NCBI GenBank assembly: GCA_951406725.2
Contig: OX597823.1
Span: forward strand, 13,392,001-13,456,000
Length of the DNA stretch: 64,000 bases
Source: Octopus vulgaris
Taxonomy: Eukaryota
Direction of reading: 5' to 3'
In this document: one piece after another, positions 15,166 through 28,985 of the stretch
How the letters are laid out: every line of letters starts with the position of its first letter
Position numbering within the stretch: position 1 is the stretch's first letter
Translations under genes and position numbers: made by a program
The notes under the pieces: model-generated
What the model was told of the DNA's origin: nothing
The model's database searches: none
What the model saw: the letters and a program-made list of their open reading frames with translations, nothing else

Positions 15166-16079
15166 TATGATATATAACTGTGGCAGTTCTGGTGAAACGA
15201 AACAGGCGTATAAGTCGATTCAGTTTGAGCAAGGGTGTAGTTCATTTACTAACTTCACAGAATTTTTATAGTTGTACAACTTGCGAAAGAAACAATAAAA
15301 TCTTTTTGCATGCCTTTTATAATACATTAAGAATGTTGGTACAGTAGTTAAATATACGTTGGTATCAGAAAAGATTTTAAAAGCTTTTTAGCACACGGTA
15401 TAAACTGATATAAAGTAAAAAATGTTAAGAAAGCCACATCTTTTCCTTCCAGAATGCAGTTAGCTGTTAGTTATGATAATTGCGATTGCTATTTAAGGAA
15501 AAGAATTCGACAAACACAGAGGTTTATAAATTAAAAATCTTCCCAGGAAAACAAGGAATTAATTCTATACGAGTAGAAAAATGAAGAAAATGGAAATAAT
15601 CATCACCGAAATAAACTGTATGCATTTTTATTTTTTATTCTTTAGTTTTGTTTGTTGTTTTTTTTTTACCAAATATTACTATCAAATGTTTGAGTTGCAA
15701 AAGACGGAGAAAATATTTTTTTATTGCTGAGAATTAACATTCGAAAAGTTTACTCGCCAAATTGTAGCAATGAAAGCTAATGGTAAAAGACACCTTAAAA
15801 GCTTTCCTAGCTGAGAGTGAGACAGACAGGGATGTCATAATATTAGCGAGAATTTCGAGAGTTATTAACTGGATATAACTGGAGTAAGAAAGAAAAATTC
15901 TAACACGTAAGGATGGAGCAGGCGTTTGAACAGAAGAGAAAAGCAGCAATAAAATTGTTTCGTGCGTAAATCTAAATAAATGTTCAGTGACATCATAATG
16001 CTTCGTGTGTACATATGTGTGTATAGATACATACACATACTCACACAGACACATACATATGAATATCTGTAATTTTTTT

Positions 16080-16085
16080 ACGTAT

Positions 16086-16116
<31 letters not shown>

Positions 16117-16161
16117 ATATATATATATGTTGTATGTATACGTATATATATATGTATATAT

Positions 16162-16206
<45 letters not shown>

Positions 16207-16306
16207 ATATATGTTGTATATATATATATATGTTGTATGTATACGTATATATATATGTATATATGTATATATATGTTGTATATATATATATATGTTGTAT
16301 GTATAC

Positions 16307-16359
<53 letters not shown>

Positions 16360-16412
16360 CATATATATATACGTATACATACAACATATATATATATATG
16401 ATAGATATGTAG

Positions 16413-16446
<34 letters not shown>

Positions 16447-16610
16447 AAATATATATAAGTATGTATATTGTAATGAAATGCATACATATGTGTTCGTACG
16501 CATATGCATGTATATATATATATAAATATATATGCATGTTTATTGTAATGAAATGCATACATATGTGTTTGTATGTATATATATATATGTATATATGTAT
16601 ATATACATAA

Positions 16611-16672
<62 letters not shown>

Positions 16673-16688
16673 GTGTGTATGTATACAC

Positions 16689-16745
<57 letters not shown>
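16080..16745. repeat. Long degenerate (TA)n tract with internal duplications
   Basis: Directly visible; tgttgtatgtatacgta and attgtaatgaaatgcatacatatgtgtt units repeated. Confidence 0.9.
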
Positions 16746-16747
<2 letters not shown>

Positions 16748-16748
<1 letters not shown>

Positions 16749-17100
16749 TTCTGGAGAGATTTCACCAAAATTGCTTCAGGTGTAGCTTGGGAGTGAAGTG
16801 GGGTTGTTTCGTACCAGATACAGAGGTTTTGAGAATGGCGCGTTGTAACTCAACTGAACACGTCACCTTCGCTCAAACGAGATGGGCTGGACATGTTATG
16901 AGAATGAAAGATGAGCGATTGCCAAAGCATCTTTTGTGTGGTGAACTGGACTCTGATAAGTGACCACAACATACGTCAAGGAAAATGTATAATAACTGAA
17001 GAATCCAGATATGAACAAAGTGATTAGTAAACTGATGCTTTGGTTAGAACAAGTGGAGAGGTGCTGTTAGCACTGGTTGCAACGGCTGGGAGGAAAGATG
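16748..17100 (+). mobile_element. RTE-clade LINE C-terminal fragment
   Basis: ERFHQNCFR...EVLRMA...[23 protein letters not shown], typical RTE/BovB-like motif. Confidence 0.8.
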
Positions 17101-17729
17101 ATTCTGCGTTTTGTGCTTAAAAGGGCCTGTCAGAAAGGATCAATTGGGATTGAAATCAGCGGTGAATAATAGATATGTATTGTATGCGATCGTGTTCTGT
17201 TGTCAAAATGTAGCATACGTGAATCATATGAAGTCACGTGAAAATCGAAATGTCCAGACAAGTAATGATCTTGAACCTGAACCGCCTCTTACGACTTGTA
17301 ACATAGATCATAAAACTGGTATTACAATATCTGGATTTAACATACATATGCTAGTTCATAAAAACATTCCTTCAGAATCAGATTCCATCGGGCAAAGATG
17401 TAAAAGGAATTTGAGTAATATCTATCACTTTTGTCTTAAAACTTATCAGTGAGCAGCCGTTCGTAAATGTCATCTGAGGCCCTATCAACGGCGGGATTAT
17501 GTTCCGTGGTGGGCTATGATGTGCGTGTTGATCGTACGGCTATCATCTGTCAAGCTGAAGCAATCATCATACGTGCGTGTGTGTGCGTGTGTGTATGCGT
17601 GCGTATATGTATGTGTTTGTGTTTGGTATTATTCTCCAGGTCTGATAAAGTCCTTCACCCAGGTTCCATGGCGAATGAGTGACCGAGATCATACTCCCAT
17701 CCAGAAAGGTACGCCAATTTTTGTGAAAA

Positions 17730-17900
17730 GTTATTAAGTCGACTACATCGACCCAGCGTGAATTATAGCGCAGCTCATCAAGCCCCCCGGGGGTGGGAGA
17801 GTAATAAATCGGTAGAAGTTTAATTTAGAACGCATAGAGCCGGGGAAGATGCTACTGAGCATTTTGCCCGAAGCACTAACGACTCTGCCAGCTCACCTCA
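17730..17900 (-). mobile_element. Degraded SINE family A
   Basis: taagtcgactacatcgacccag and ctaacgactctgccagctcacc resemble family A reverse complement. Confidence 0.5.
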
Positions 17901-18208
17901 TAAATATGTACGTGTGTAAGTGTGAGATATGTGTGTGTATGTGTGTATTGGTGTATGTGTATGTATGAGAATATTAATGAGAAATACTCGGAAGCCTGTG
18001 CTATCGTAGTACTACAACACTACAAAATCCTTCATGTGTTCAGTAAATTAGAAGCGATGCACCATGAAGCTGAGACTAAATCGGTTTACATGTATGTATA
18101 AATGCATGTATATATGTATGATTATAAGCATGTATATTCGAATACATGTTATTGCATGCGTATATATGTGAAATTATGTTGTTTTTTTTTTTTTTTGATT
18201 TCGGCAAT

Positions 18209-18248
<40 letters not shown>

Positions 18249-18572
18249 ATTTGGCTCAAAAGCAAATAGCAAGGCCATGTAGGGGGACATGGAGTTAAGT
18301 ACAGGGTGGTGTTCATGTAAAGAGTTCAGGCCACTTGAGGTCCAGGGAGGCTTTGAACAAAGCGGTCGTCGGCATCTTCACCATCTCGTCTGGCAGCTTG
18401 TTCCACGGATCCGCAACCCGGACGGAGAAAGCTCCTCTCCTTCGATTGAGATGAAATCGTCGCAGGTAGAGCTTTTCGGAATGACCCCGCAGCCGACGCT
18501 CCGGAGCAGGAGTGAAGAACAGCTCTTTCGAGAGGTTACACTTCCCGCTTATGATGTTGTGGGCGAGAATGA
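18209..18572 (-). mobile_element. 5'-truncated CR1-like LINE 3' end with (TAAC)n tail
   Basis: RLRGHSEKLYLRRFHLNRRRGAFSVRVADPWNKLPDEMV; near-identical to 55850-56190 in opposite orientation. Confidence 0.9.
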
Positions 18573-19493
18573 ACCAAACCTCACCCTCTTTCAGCCTCTG
18601 ATTTTCAATGAAGCTCGTAGTGTTATTTTTTTTCCTGGACAATCTGACATACAATCTGACTGGGATCAACAGCTTGTGGTTATACGTTTTTACAGAGGCT
18701 ACACAACATGGTTTAACCGGTTATAGACGTTTGGTGTGGTACCCAATAAAACAAAGTTTCTAGATATCATTAAATTTGCCAAGAATGTCCATCATACAAC
18801 AATCATTTCATTTGCGTTTTTTTCCGTCCCCATCTGATTTCATCATATAGACCAACGATCAAAGTGTTTCGCACCAAATCTATCCAAAGAAAATACTCCG
18901 AACTTCATTGAAGATCAGAGCCTGAAGTTTGGTTCATATTGTCTAAATCAAATAAAAAAGCAGCCAAATCTAATTTCACATATATACTCATACAATAACA
19001 TACAGGTAATTCTTTGTATTCAAATATAGATGCATATAATCATACTTATATAGTTGCGTTTATACTTAAATGGAAACCGATTTTGCCTCTTTCAGCTTTC
19101 TTGGTGCACCGTTTTTAATTAAACCTTTTTATCAAGAAATGCCACTTCTCCCTTTCTAAATACATACTACATACCTGAATTATTATTTGTATGCGAAACA
19201 CCGAGTTCAATGTTTTTAGACTGATCGCTATGAATTATTTCCTTTATCATTCATCTTCATATTAGATACTTATGCGCAGGTTTAAAATCTTTTAACTGAC
19301 TCATTGATACTACAAAAAATAATTTCTTGCAAACTTAGTAAAGCGGAGAAATACTTTAGCAGAATGATCTCTATTGTAAGTATTCGAAATATGGTTCTCT
19401 TAGGTATACCTTGAATGAGCGGCATTCGCATCCACACCACTGGTCAGCAAATGTTGGTAATAATAGCTAGCACTGCTATTACTGAGTAGATGA

Positions 19494-19726
19494 AAGGCGA
19501 CGAGCTGGCAGAAACGTTAGCACGCCGGGCGAAATGCGTAGTCGTATTTCGTCTGCCGTTACATTCTGAGTTCAAATTCCGCCGTGGTTGACTTTGCCTT
19601 TCATCCTTTCGGGGTCGATAAATTAAGTACCAGTTACGCACTGGGGTCGATGTAATCGACTTAATCCGTTTGTCTGTCCTTGTTTGTCCCCTCTGTGTTT
19701 AGCCCCTTGTGGGTAGTGAAGAAATA
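19494..19726 (+). mobile_element. tRNA-derived SINE family A (Meta-like central domain), full length with 17-bp TSD
   Basis: A-box-like tggcagaaacg, B-box gagttcaaattcc, gcctttcatcctttcggggtcgataaattaagtaccag; TSD tattactgagtagatga at 19477-19493 and 19727-19743. Confidence 0.92.
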
Positions 19727-20867
19727 TATTACTGAGTAGATGAGGGAAGACTGACTTTGAACACATGAAATATAATTTGAAATGTTCTACTAAATTAGTA
19801 TTGTATAAAAATATGTACTACTAGTCTACTATAATTACTAATATTTAATGCAATTTCGACTCGAAACTTCTTAACAACACGCGTTATCTAGACTGAAGTG
19901 ATCCGATATTTGTCGCAAAATATCAAACTTCATACATTTTATGATATTTACATACTTCAATATTTTCCCGTTATAAGCGGTTTTATAGTTATTTATCGAA
20001 GATGCAACGGGAATAGAAAATTCAAATTATGTCCAATTTCCTATTTATCATTAATGAGATTTGACATGACATGATGTGAAGGAAATTTATGTATAAAAAT
20101 ATATTTAAACGCATACAGATACACACAAGTGTATGTATAAATTCCTATTCATAAAAATATATATAAATACATTATGTATGTGTGCCTTGACGTGTGTGTG
20201 TGTGTTAATGTTACATACTGCAAAAATTAGTTTTTACAAGTCGTTTATATCTGACCGATATACTATGGTTGATTTATTGGTATGCACACAATTTCATACT
20301 CGCCAATGAACAAGGAATGTCACTTAGTACATGCACCGCATCGACTCACATTTATATACATACACACACAGATTCATATATATGTGTGTGTATGTGTGCG
20401 TATGTGTATTAACATATATGTGTGAGTGTTTTTGTGGTTCTGTTGCTATAAATTGTATTTCACTGAAGTATATTCTATCTAAGTGTATTTATCAGTCGTA
20501 AATATTAGTTTAATGACATTTTAGCATTAATATTGCAATTTCATTTAGTGTAGTGAGTTTCTGGTCGTAACCATTTTCCCGTTTTGGTAGTAAACACTTA
20601 TTTTTATGCAGTTGTTGATTTGCCATAGTATGTATTGTCTCATTTTGTGGGAAAGAATGTGTTCTGTCACAAATATATACTCGTAGGGTTTCTTTTCGAT
20701 CCGTCTGCTAATTCTCAAGCCACATTTAAATATTATTTTTGTCGCTGCTGTTACGGTCGGATTTCGATATCGAAACTACAATGATTTCTAATGAAGCAGC
20801 TAATGATCAAATATCTGTTTATTTAGACAATTGTTTTGTTTTTTCTGTTTCTATAACTGCTTTCGTT

Positions 20868-21175
20868 GTGCACCCGGTATCCGCCTCCCTAAGGAGGGTG
20901 ACGTACTGGGTCCTCACACCTTGTTTCCTGAGAGCTTACAGTATTGCGCTGATTTCGACGCTGTCGAAGGCTTCCTCATAATCAATGAACGCAACGCACA
21001 GTTGTGGAAACGCTCGTTTCAGCCACTGCGTTAGAGTAAATATATTATCTTTAGTGCTGTACTTCTTTCTGAACCCTGCCTGTTCTCCTGGCTGCCGCTC
21101 ATCCAGATGGTGATTATCACCATTTCGAACTGCAGTGCAATAAACACGAAGATTCTAAACAACTTTAGACATGCC
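20868..21175 (-). mobile_element. RTE-like reverse transcriptase fragment
   Basis: Minus strand reads CAFIDYEEAFDSVEISAIL, the RT motif FID..KAFDSV. Confidence 0.7.
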
Positions 21176-21910
21176 TCTTTTAGATTATACGAATGGATTT
21201 TGTTTTCTGAACAGTTGGCGCAGAAAGCAGACCATATAAGCTGATACATTTAAAATGTAAGATCTCTTGAAGATACTTCAATTCAAGTTATACAGATTGA
21301 GATAAGGTAACGCATAAATAGATCATTATAGAACAAACACCTGTTACACTGATTCTAAATTATGTATACACCAACTCAAATCTCAATAATGCAGTTCACA
21401 TCGCTGGCTTTAATCTGCCCTCCAGGAACCCCTGAAGCGAGTAGCTCTAAGCCGATTACCGAATACGCGTTAAAAAACATGAAGGCATCTTTAAACCACT
21501 CTTTACTCTCATACTGAGACTGTTGGAGGAGAAACATATTCGGTAAGAAGTGAAGAAAACATCATATACCTGTCGTATCCATTCTAATATTTATATAGCC
21601 TCTCAATGATTAAAGGTGTGCGCGAAAAGTGAGATATACAGGCAGGGCCGGCTTTAGGAGGCGCGGGGCCCAGTTGGGAACAATTTCAGTGGGATCCAGA
21701 TTTCCATTCAACTTGAACCAAGGTCTATAGAATCATAAAAATATAAAAATGTATATTATGCCAAACCAGACGGGTGCCAGACGTAGCCCCTGGTTTGCTG
21801 GCTAACCCATGCCAGCACGGAAAACAGCCGTTTAATGATTATGACGATCATGATGATATGCATATATATTCACACACATATTATGTTTATAGTTATATGT
21901 CTGTGTATAC

Positions 21911-21944
<34 letters not shown>

Positions 21945-22384
21945 TAACTGTCTGAAACATGGATAATTTGTTAATGAAATTTTCTACATATACATCTCAG
22001 ATGGTGTGGATTACAATTATATCAGAATTTGTTGTGTAAAGCATTTTTCTCTGTTTTAAATAAACTCAAAAGTAACCGGTCCTCAATGAGATTGTTTAGT
22101 ATGCTAAAAATAGCAGTCATTAGGCATAAAAAAGCCACTATTCTTATCTCCTAATACGCCACAATGGGAAGAAAGTCCTTTGCAGTATATTATGGGCCGA
22201 GATTACTTGATAGTACAAGAAAAAAATCAAACGAAGAAAACAAACAACTCCGAAGATGGGGTGTGGAATTCCGAGGGCCCATTCCGACTCCTATTTCAGT
22301 GGAAATAGGACATTTGCGGTATATTAGGAGATGAGATTAGTTGATAGCACAAGAAAAAAGAAACACGAGGAGAAAAAATTATTT

Positions 22385-22500
22385 CTTATCGAAATATAAT
22401 GAGTGCCTAATAATCGACGTGACAGCGCCAGGAGACCAACAGATTATCATGAAAGAAAGAGAAAAGATTGGTGAATACGAAGACCTGAGAAGACTTGAGA
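22385..22500 (+). mobile_element. RLE (R4-like) endonuclease fragment
   Basis: CLIIDVTAPGDQQIIMKEREKIGEYEDL resembles the restriction-like endonuclease of R2/R4/NeSL elements. Confidence 0.6.
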
Positions 22501-22572
22501 TAGACGGACGGACAGACAGACAGATAGGTAGCTAGCTAGCTAGCTAGCTAGCTAGCTAGCTAGCTAGCTAGC

Positions 22573-22668
<96 letters not shown>

Positions 22669-22711
22669 TAAATAGATAGATAGATATATAGACAGACAGA
22701 CAGACAGATAA

Positions 22712-22768
<57 letters not shown>

Positions 22769-22773
22769 CAGAC

Positions 22774-22858
<85 letters not shown>

Positions 22859-22910
22859 GACAGATACATACATACATACATGCATACATACATACATACA
22901 CATACATATA
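22500..22910. repeat. (GCTA)n/(GATA)n/(GACA)n/(CATA)n microsatellite
   Basis: Directly visible. Confidence 0.95.
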
Positions 22911-23660
22911 TGAACAAAGATAAATTAAACTGAGATGAGTGAATATAAATGTCTCTGTGTGGCTGGTGGCATATATATGAACAACATAACAGATACTGAT
23001 TTATCAAATGCAATATAGCATCAGTTCTTGATTTACAATAGTTATTTCCACCAATAGAAGATGTGTCTAAATTACCAAACTGACCTTTGAACTTTTCTCT
23101 TCGCATATGCAGATGGTATTCTTAACCATCTGGTAATTGCAACACACAATCTAATCTAATAGTCAAATTTTTATTCTGATTTCTTTATTATCCACTAGGG
23201 GCTCAAGTATTTATTCTGTATGGTATTTGATATATCTGCATTTGTCTGTGATTGTCATACAAATGTCATTAGCTACTCTTTGTTATTTTCTTAATTTATG
23301 GAAATTACCTTGCTGATAATTGTTGCGAATTTCCTAGCTAGCTCGTTAATGTTTTATTTTCGTTTTGACTGCTGCGGAAAAAAGGGCAGGAAAAGTGACA
23401 TGCTGTTGACGGTTATTAAAGCGGAAACTCGTACCCACAGCAAGCCTCTTATCTCCAAACAATATGCGCATCCTTTTCTTTCTTGAGACGACCACGTCTT
23501 CTCATATGGAGCTAATCCCAATCGTCATTTTCTGATTGTGAAACGTCTACCAAGTGTGGAGAAAAGTTAAATAAACGGAAAATATTTGTTTCTTTGGAAT
23601 TTGACTTAACTATATTGGTAAATATATGTATATACACACACACATACATACATACATACA

Positions 23661-23705
<45 letters not shown>

Positions 23706-23820
23706 CCGTATATATAAAAAAGTTTTATTCCCATTCTTTATACATATACATATATATATGTATGTTTGTGTATATATATATATATATAAATAGGAAAAAA
23801 GCAACAAGAATGGATTAAAA

Positions 23821-23908
23821 TCTCGGTACAATTGTTTCGTACGAGGACATCTTTAATAAGCTACAAAAAATGCAGTGAATATAGATGGCTCGTACTCGTC
23901 AGCCGAAA
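23821..23908 (-). ncRNA. Minimal hammerhead ribozyme, canonical core (inverted copy)
   Basis: Reverse complement of 25398-25485 with about one difference in the helix II loop. Confidence 0.8.
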
Positions 23909-25397
23909 AAAACATCAGAGAATTCCCAAACATCAAAAGGGGTAGATACAAAAGAGGGTGTAAGATTAACTGCATTGAAGAAAGTTCGATTCCTGGACAT
24001 CCGATGAAAGGTTTTAAACTTACAGAATAGCTTACATATAGCTCATATTGAATTGCTAATCAAGTTGTGTGAAGAAATTTGAAATACTAATGTATAGAAA
24101 TAATAGAGAAATTTCATTAAACAGCAGAATTGAACTTGGAAAATCTTGTATACACGGTCGAACTAAGACTCTTAAATATTTTAAATGATATTTTAATTGA
24201 CAACTGTATATTAAAATCACTCTGTATAAAATCACTTTGACTTATATATTACTCCTACATAGTATATTATATATTTAACTAGACAGATACGATCTAACTA
24301 GCTATGATTATATTCTCTCTCTAATTGTACTATTTAATACTAATTGATTTAAATTATTTGATTTATTTCTATTAGACTATATAAATAATTTAAATTTTGC
24401 TCTATTTTTATCTCCATTTCTTAGTCTATTTCCTTTTAACCCATATATAAAAATTAGTTAGTTAAATCTCTTAGTTTATTTTACACTAATAATTAATTCT
24501 GCTAATCCCAAACCTATTGTAATGTATTATAATATAATATAATATAATATAATATAATATAATATAATATAATATAATATAGTATAGTGTAATATAGTAT
24601 AGTATAATAATAATATAATTGTTTGGTTTCATTAAAAAACAACCCCTTTTTTCTTTCCTTTCTAATGACCTCTCATTGTAACCTGACAATCTATTAATAG
24701 TAACATTTATAAATAAAGAAATAAATTGTTGACCTCAGTTCGAATTTTGCACTAAACAAGCTTAGATTTTCTTGTAGTATCAACTTGTGTCCATCCCCTT
24801 AGCTTCCCGTTCCCTTCTCTTTGATAGCATTAATAGCAGTAACTGATTAAATTCTACTTCCTTCCTCCTCCCTCTGTGATTCTTGTAAATTTCATTAACA
24901 ATCTGCCCCTCTACAGAATAAGACTGTCATTTTGCTTCTCATTCGGATTCCCTGATATTTTCGCATGATTGTACCCAAAATTTCTTCACAAAACTGGATT
25001 ATGAACTATAAGGACATGCACATATTCTGTAAGTTCAAGACTTTTCATCGGATCTCCAAGAATCGAACTTATCTGCGATTCTTGTAAATTTCAATAACAA
25101 TCTGTTCCTCTACACGATATGACAGTCACTTTGCTTCTTACTCGGATTTTCCTCTACACGATATGACAGTCACTTTGCTTCTTACTCGGATTTTCAGAAA
25201 TTTTGCATGACTGTATCCAAAATTTCTTCACACAACTTGATTAGCAATTCAATATGAGCTATATGTAGACATGCACAAATTCTGTAAGTTTAAGACCTTT
25301 CATCGGATCTCCAGGAATCGAACATTCTTCAATGCAGTTAATCTTACACCCTCTTTTGTATCTACCCCTTTTGATGTTTGGGAATTCTCTGATGTTT

Positions 25398-25485
25398 TTT
25401 CGGCTGACGAGTACGAGCCATCTGTATTCACTGCATTTTTTGTAGCTTATTAAAGATGTCCTCGTACGAAACAATTGTACCGAGA
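25398..25485 (+). ncRNA. Minimal hammerhead ribozyme, canonical core
   Basis: tttcgg-CTGACGA-gtacgag-[long loop]-ctcgtac-GAAA-caattg-TA-ccgaga; GUA cleavage triplet 25477-25479; palindromic ACAATTGT. Confidence 0.85.
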
Positions 25486-25634
25486 TTTTAATCCATTCTT
25501 GTTGCTTTTTTCCTATTTGTAATCACCCCACTTGTCGTATGGTTAACATCATATAGATTTCCGGTGCATCCTAGTTAAGGACCATATTCATGTGAATTCA
25601 TTAGAATTCACTTGAATCTCAATTACTTAAACCG

Positions 25635-25679
<45 letters not shown>

Positions 25680-25724
25680 TATATAATGTGTGTATATAAC
25701 ATTCAATTCACGATGTAATATAGC

Positions 25725-26700
25725 CATCAACAACTTCCCTTCCTCGACATCTTCATTAAGAAATCTAGCAAAGTAATAGAAACAGATATATGCTATAATC
25801 TCACGGACTCCAAGCAATATCTACCGTTGAACTCGTGCTGCCCCAGGCACACCAGAATGAATATCCCCTTCAACCTAGCAAAAAGGATATGAACTTTAGT
25901 TTCTAATGCAAGCACCTGGGGCACACGACTACATAAACTAAAGAATACACTCATCACCAGGAACTATCCACCTTCACTAATTGACATATACATTCAACGT
26001 GCCCTACAACTCAGCATCCACGAACTCAGACATCCCAAATTAATGGTTTTACAACAAAAATCCCTACCTTACATCTCCAGAACAACCCTTTTAACAATGA
26101 AGCATTCGACACCAGCCTTCAAAGCATTCCCCTGCTAAAAAAGGACCACAGAATGAACTTAATCCTCCAAACACACACCCGCATAAAAAGCAAAAGACAG
26201 CCCAAATCTATGAAAAGTCTCCTAACACAAGCCCGAAAATGCTCAACAACAAAACTGAAGCCAGCAGTAAGAAAATGTGGAAGACCCAACTGCGGGATAT
26301 GCCTCAATTTAATTGAGGGATCAGAGTTCTCTTTCAAACATCTACAACGTTTCACAGTGAAAAGCAACTTCACATATGCTTCGGAGAACCTAATATACGC
26401 ACTAACTTGTTCAGAATGTCAGGAGCAAGACATAGGCCAAACAAAAAACAGTCTACGTCAAATGATGGCTTGGCACAGATCCCAGATCAAAATTCCAGAA
26501 AACAGAAAAATAGCATTCAGCCAACACATCGACATTTGCGCCAATAACAAACAAAAATCCATGCTTCAGAATTTTCCCCCTCTACCATTTCAGGGACGAT
26601 ACAACCTGTAGCCGACGAATTAGTAGACTCTCTTTATTACAAAATACAACCCCTTTTGAACGCATCTCCAACAAACGACATATCCACCACGGTCCTAGAA
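25725..26700 (+). pseudogene. Penelope-like element ORF remnant (RT thumb + GIY-YIG endonuclease)
   Basis: LPFLDIFIKK...TDICYNLTDSKQYL...CPRHTRMNIPFNLAKRI, then CGRPNCGIC...NLIYALTCSECQEQDIGQTKNSLRQMMAWH; stops and frameshifts present. Confidence 0.9.
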
Positions 26701-26728
26701 TAACATGGACACACACGCAAATGTTAAA

Positions 26729-26759
<31 letters not shown>

Positions 26760-26869
26760 CTTCTTCTTCTTCTTCTTCTTCTTCTTCTTTTTCTTCTTCT
26801 TCTTCTTCTTCTTCTTCTTCTTCTTCTTCTTCTTCTTCTTCTTCTTCTTCTTCTTCTCTGCCAAGAATT

Positions 26870-27104
26870 CACAACGACCTCGAACCCACAAGAGTAAACA
26901 AGAGACACAGAGACAGGCAGAAACATGGACAATGCCCCTTGTATTCGAATACTATGTAAATATTCTTTTAAGAAACTTTTCATTTAATTTTTCCAAAATT
27001 GAATTTTTTTCCATACTTACAATTGAAAAAATCTCAATGACTGAAACCGGTACTGAAATGTTTTTTATAAAATTATTTTAGCATTTTCTACCTTGACCTT
27101 TTTT

Positions 27105-27108
<4 letters not shown>
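26870..27108 (+). mobile_element. pLTR of the Penelope-like element, with U3:A8 hammerhead motif at 27018-27057
   Basis: Follows the GIY-YIG ORF; caa-TTGAAAA-aatc-tcaat-gact-GAAA-ccgg-TA-ctg; homologous to 29945-30176 inverted. Confidence 0.7.
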
Positions 27109-27151
<43 letters not shown>

Positions 27152-27244
27152 CTTGTGTGTTCCTTTTCAACTTTCTACATATATATATTGTATATATATA
27201 TGTGTGTGTGTGTGTATATATGTTTTATATATATGTATATATAT

Positions 27245-28945
27245 AGGTCTTTATTAAAAATGAAACAGCCTGTGATCAAGACAACATATATTTGTTAACA
27301 AAATTTCCATTGCTTTCTAGAACTTCAGTCCATTAGTCAACAAGCTTATAAATGCTACGCTTAAAAAATTGTTTAGGTTTTGATAAGAAAAATAAATTTC
27401 ACTCATCTTCAACCTCCTCTTTTGATGTCAGCCTAAGACCAATCAAATGGTTCTGTAGTCCCCGAAACAAGTGATAATCAGAAGGAGAAAGATCTGGAAA
27501 ATATGGAGAACGAAGCAATATCTCACCACCATAAGGTGGCGAGGTTGCAGAAACGTTTGCACGCCGGACGAAATGCTTAGCGCTATTTCGTCTGCCGTTA
27601 CGTTGTGAGTTCAAATTCCGCCGAGGTTGCCTTTGCCTTTCATCCTTTCGGGGTCGATTAAATAAGTACCAGTTACGCACAGGCGTCGATGTAATCGACT
27701 TAATCCGTTTGTTTGTCCTTGTTTGTCCCCTCTGTTTAGCCCCTTGTGGGTAGTGAAGAAATAGGTATTTCGTCTGCCGTTACGTTCTCAGTTCAAATTC
27801 CGCCGAGGTTTCCTTTGCCTTTCATCCTTTCGGGGTCGATTAAATAAGTACCAGTTACGCACAGGCGTCGATGTAATCGACTTAATCCGTTTGTTTGTCC
27901 TTGTTTGTCCCCTCTGTTTAGCCCCTTGTGGGTAGTGAAGAAATAGGTATTTCGTCTGCCGTTATGTTCTGAGTTCAAATTCCGCCGGGATCGTCTTTGC
28001 CCTTCATCCTTTCGGGCTCGATAAATTAAGTACCAGTTACGCACTGGGGTCATTGTAATCGACTTAATATCTTGGTCTGTCCTTGTTTGTCCCCTCTGTG
28101 TTTAGCCCCTTGTGGGCAGTAAAGGAATAAGCAACGTTAGCACGCCGGACGAAATGCTTAGCGCTATTTCGTCTGTATTTACGTTCTCAGTTCAAATTCC
28201 GCCGAGGTCGACTTTGCCTTCCATCCTTTCGGGGTCGATTAAATAAGTACCAGTTACGCACTGGGGTCGATGTAATCGACTTAATCCGTTTTTTTGTCCT
28301 TGTTTGTCCTCTCTGTGTTTAGCCCCTTGTGGGTAGTAAAGAAATAGGTATTTCGTCTGTCGCTACGTTCTGAGTTCAAATTCCGCCGAGGTCGACTTTG
28401 CCTTTCATCCTTTCGGGGTCGATAAATTAAGAACCAGTTGCGTATTGGGGTCAATGTAATCGACTGGCTCCCTCTCCTAAAGTTTCGGGCCTTGTAACTA
28501 GATTAGAAAAGAATTCTTCCAAACCAAGCTCTTCCAAGTGATCTTTGGTCAAACGAGCTGCGTGAGGATGAGCATAATTATAATGAAAGGTGACACCCTT
28601 TCTGTGGACGTCTTTCAAACTCAAATCCTCACTTCTGAACTGAGAAAACCTTCTCCTGCAATTTCTTTTACTCACCCCATCATCCTCATAAACTCTCTGA
28701 GGAGATTTTGCCACTGTGCTTGCATTGTCAGATTTATGAAGATCAGAGTAAAACATGTCTAATGTTATCTTTAGATGGGACGAACATGGGAAAGAATATA
28801 ACAGAAGATTAGGGCCAATACAATCAGAATCTGAAAGAAAAATGTGTAAATCACTCATTCTACAAACATAGCAAGAGGCACAATTTTAAAATACTCTATC
28901 CAAAAATATTTTCTAAAAAATCTGCCATTACCTTTGCACCAACCT

Positions 28946-28948
<3 letters not shown>
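27245..28948 (-). mobile_element. Decayed, internally deleted mariner interrupted by a SINE array
   Basis: TIR-like caggttggtgcaaaggtaatggc on the minus strand at about 28923-28946; RVYEDDGVSKRNCRRRFSQFRSEDLSLKD; HYNYAHPH; PYFPDLSPSDYHLF. Confidence 0.85.
27534..28510 (+). mobile_element. Tandem array of about five SINE family A units
   Basis: Repeated gttcaaattccgccg...gtcgat...agccccttgtggg units joined head-to-tail, most of them 5'-truncated. Confidence 0.92.

Positions 28949-28985
<37 letters not shown>

Larger units (their letters stand above)
23786..25635 (+). mobile_element. PLE-type element with ~300-bp inverted pLTR copies and 3' tail
   Basis: 23786-24082 is the reverse complement of about 25218-25518; internal partial duplications 24880-25330; tail 25519-25635; (TA)n on both sides. 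Confidence 0.8.

Noticed and set aside
19494-19585. tRNA gene (A/B boxes), likewise at 57920-57993
   Set aside because: These are SINE heads continuing into SINE bodies with TSDs; no full cloverleaf
21642-21860. hAT-like end (cagggccggc) followed by a SINE-like tail
   Set aside because: No matching second TIR or TSD; too fragmentary to call
22140-22380. Short inverted and direct repeats (tctcctaata/tattaggaga; gagatta.ttgatag.acaagaaaaaa twice)
   Set aside because: Too short and degenerate to assign to an element
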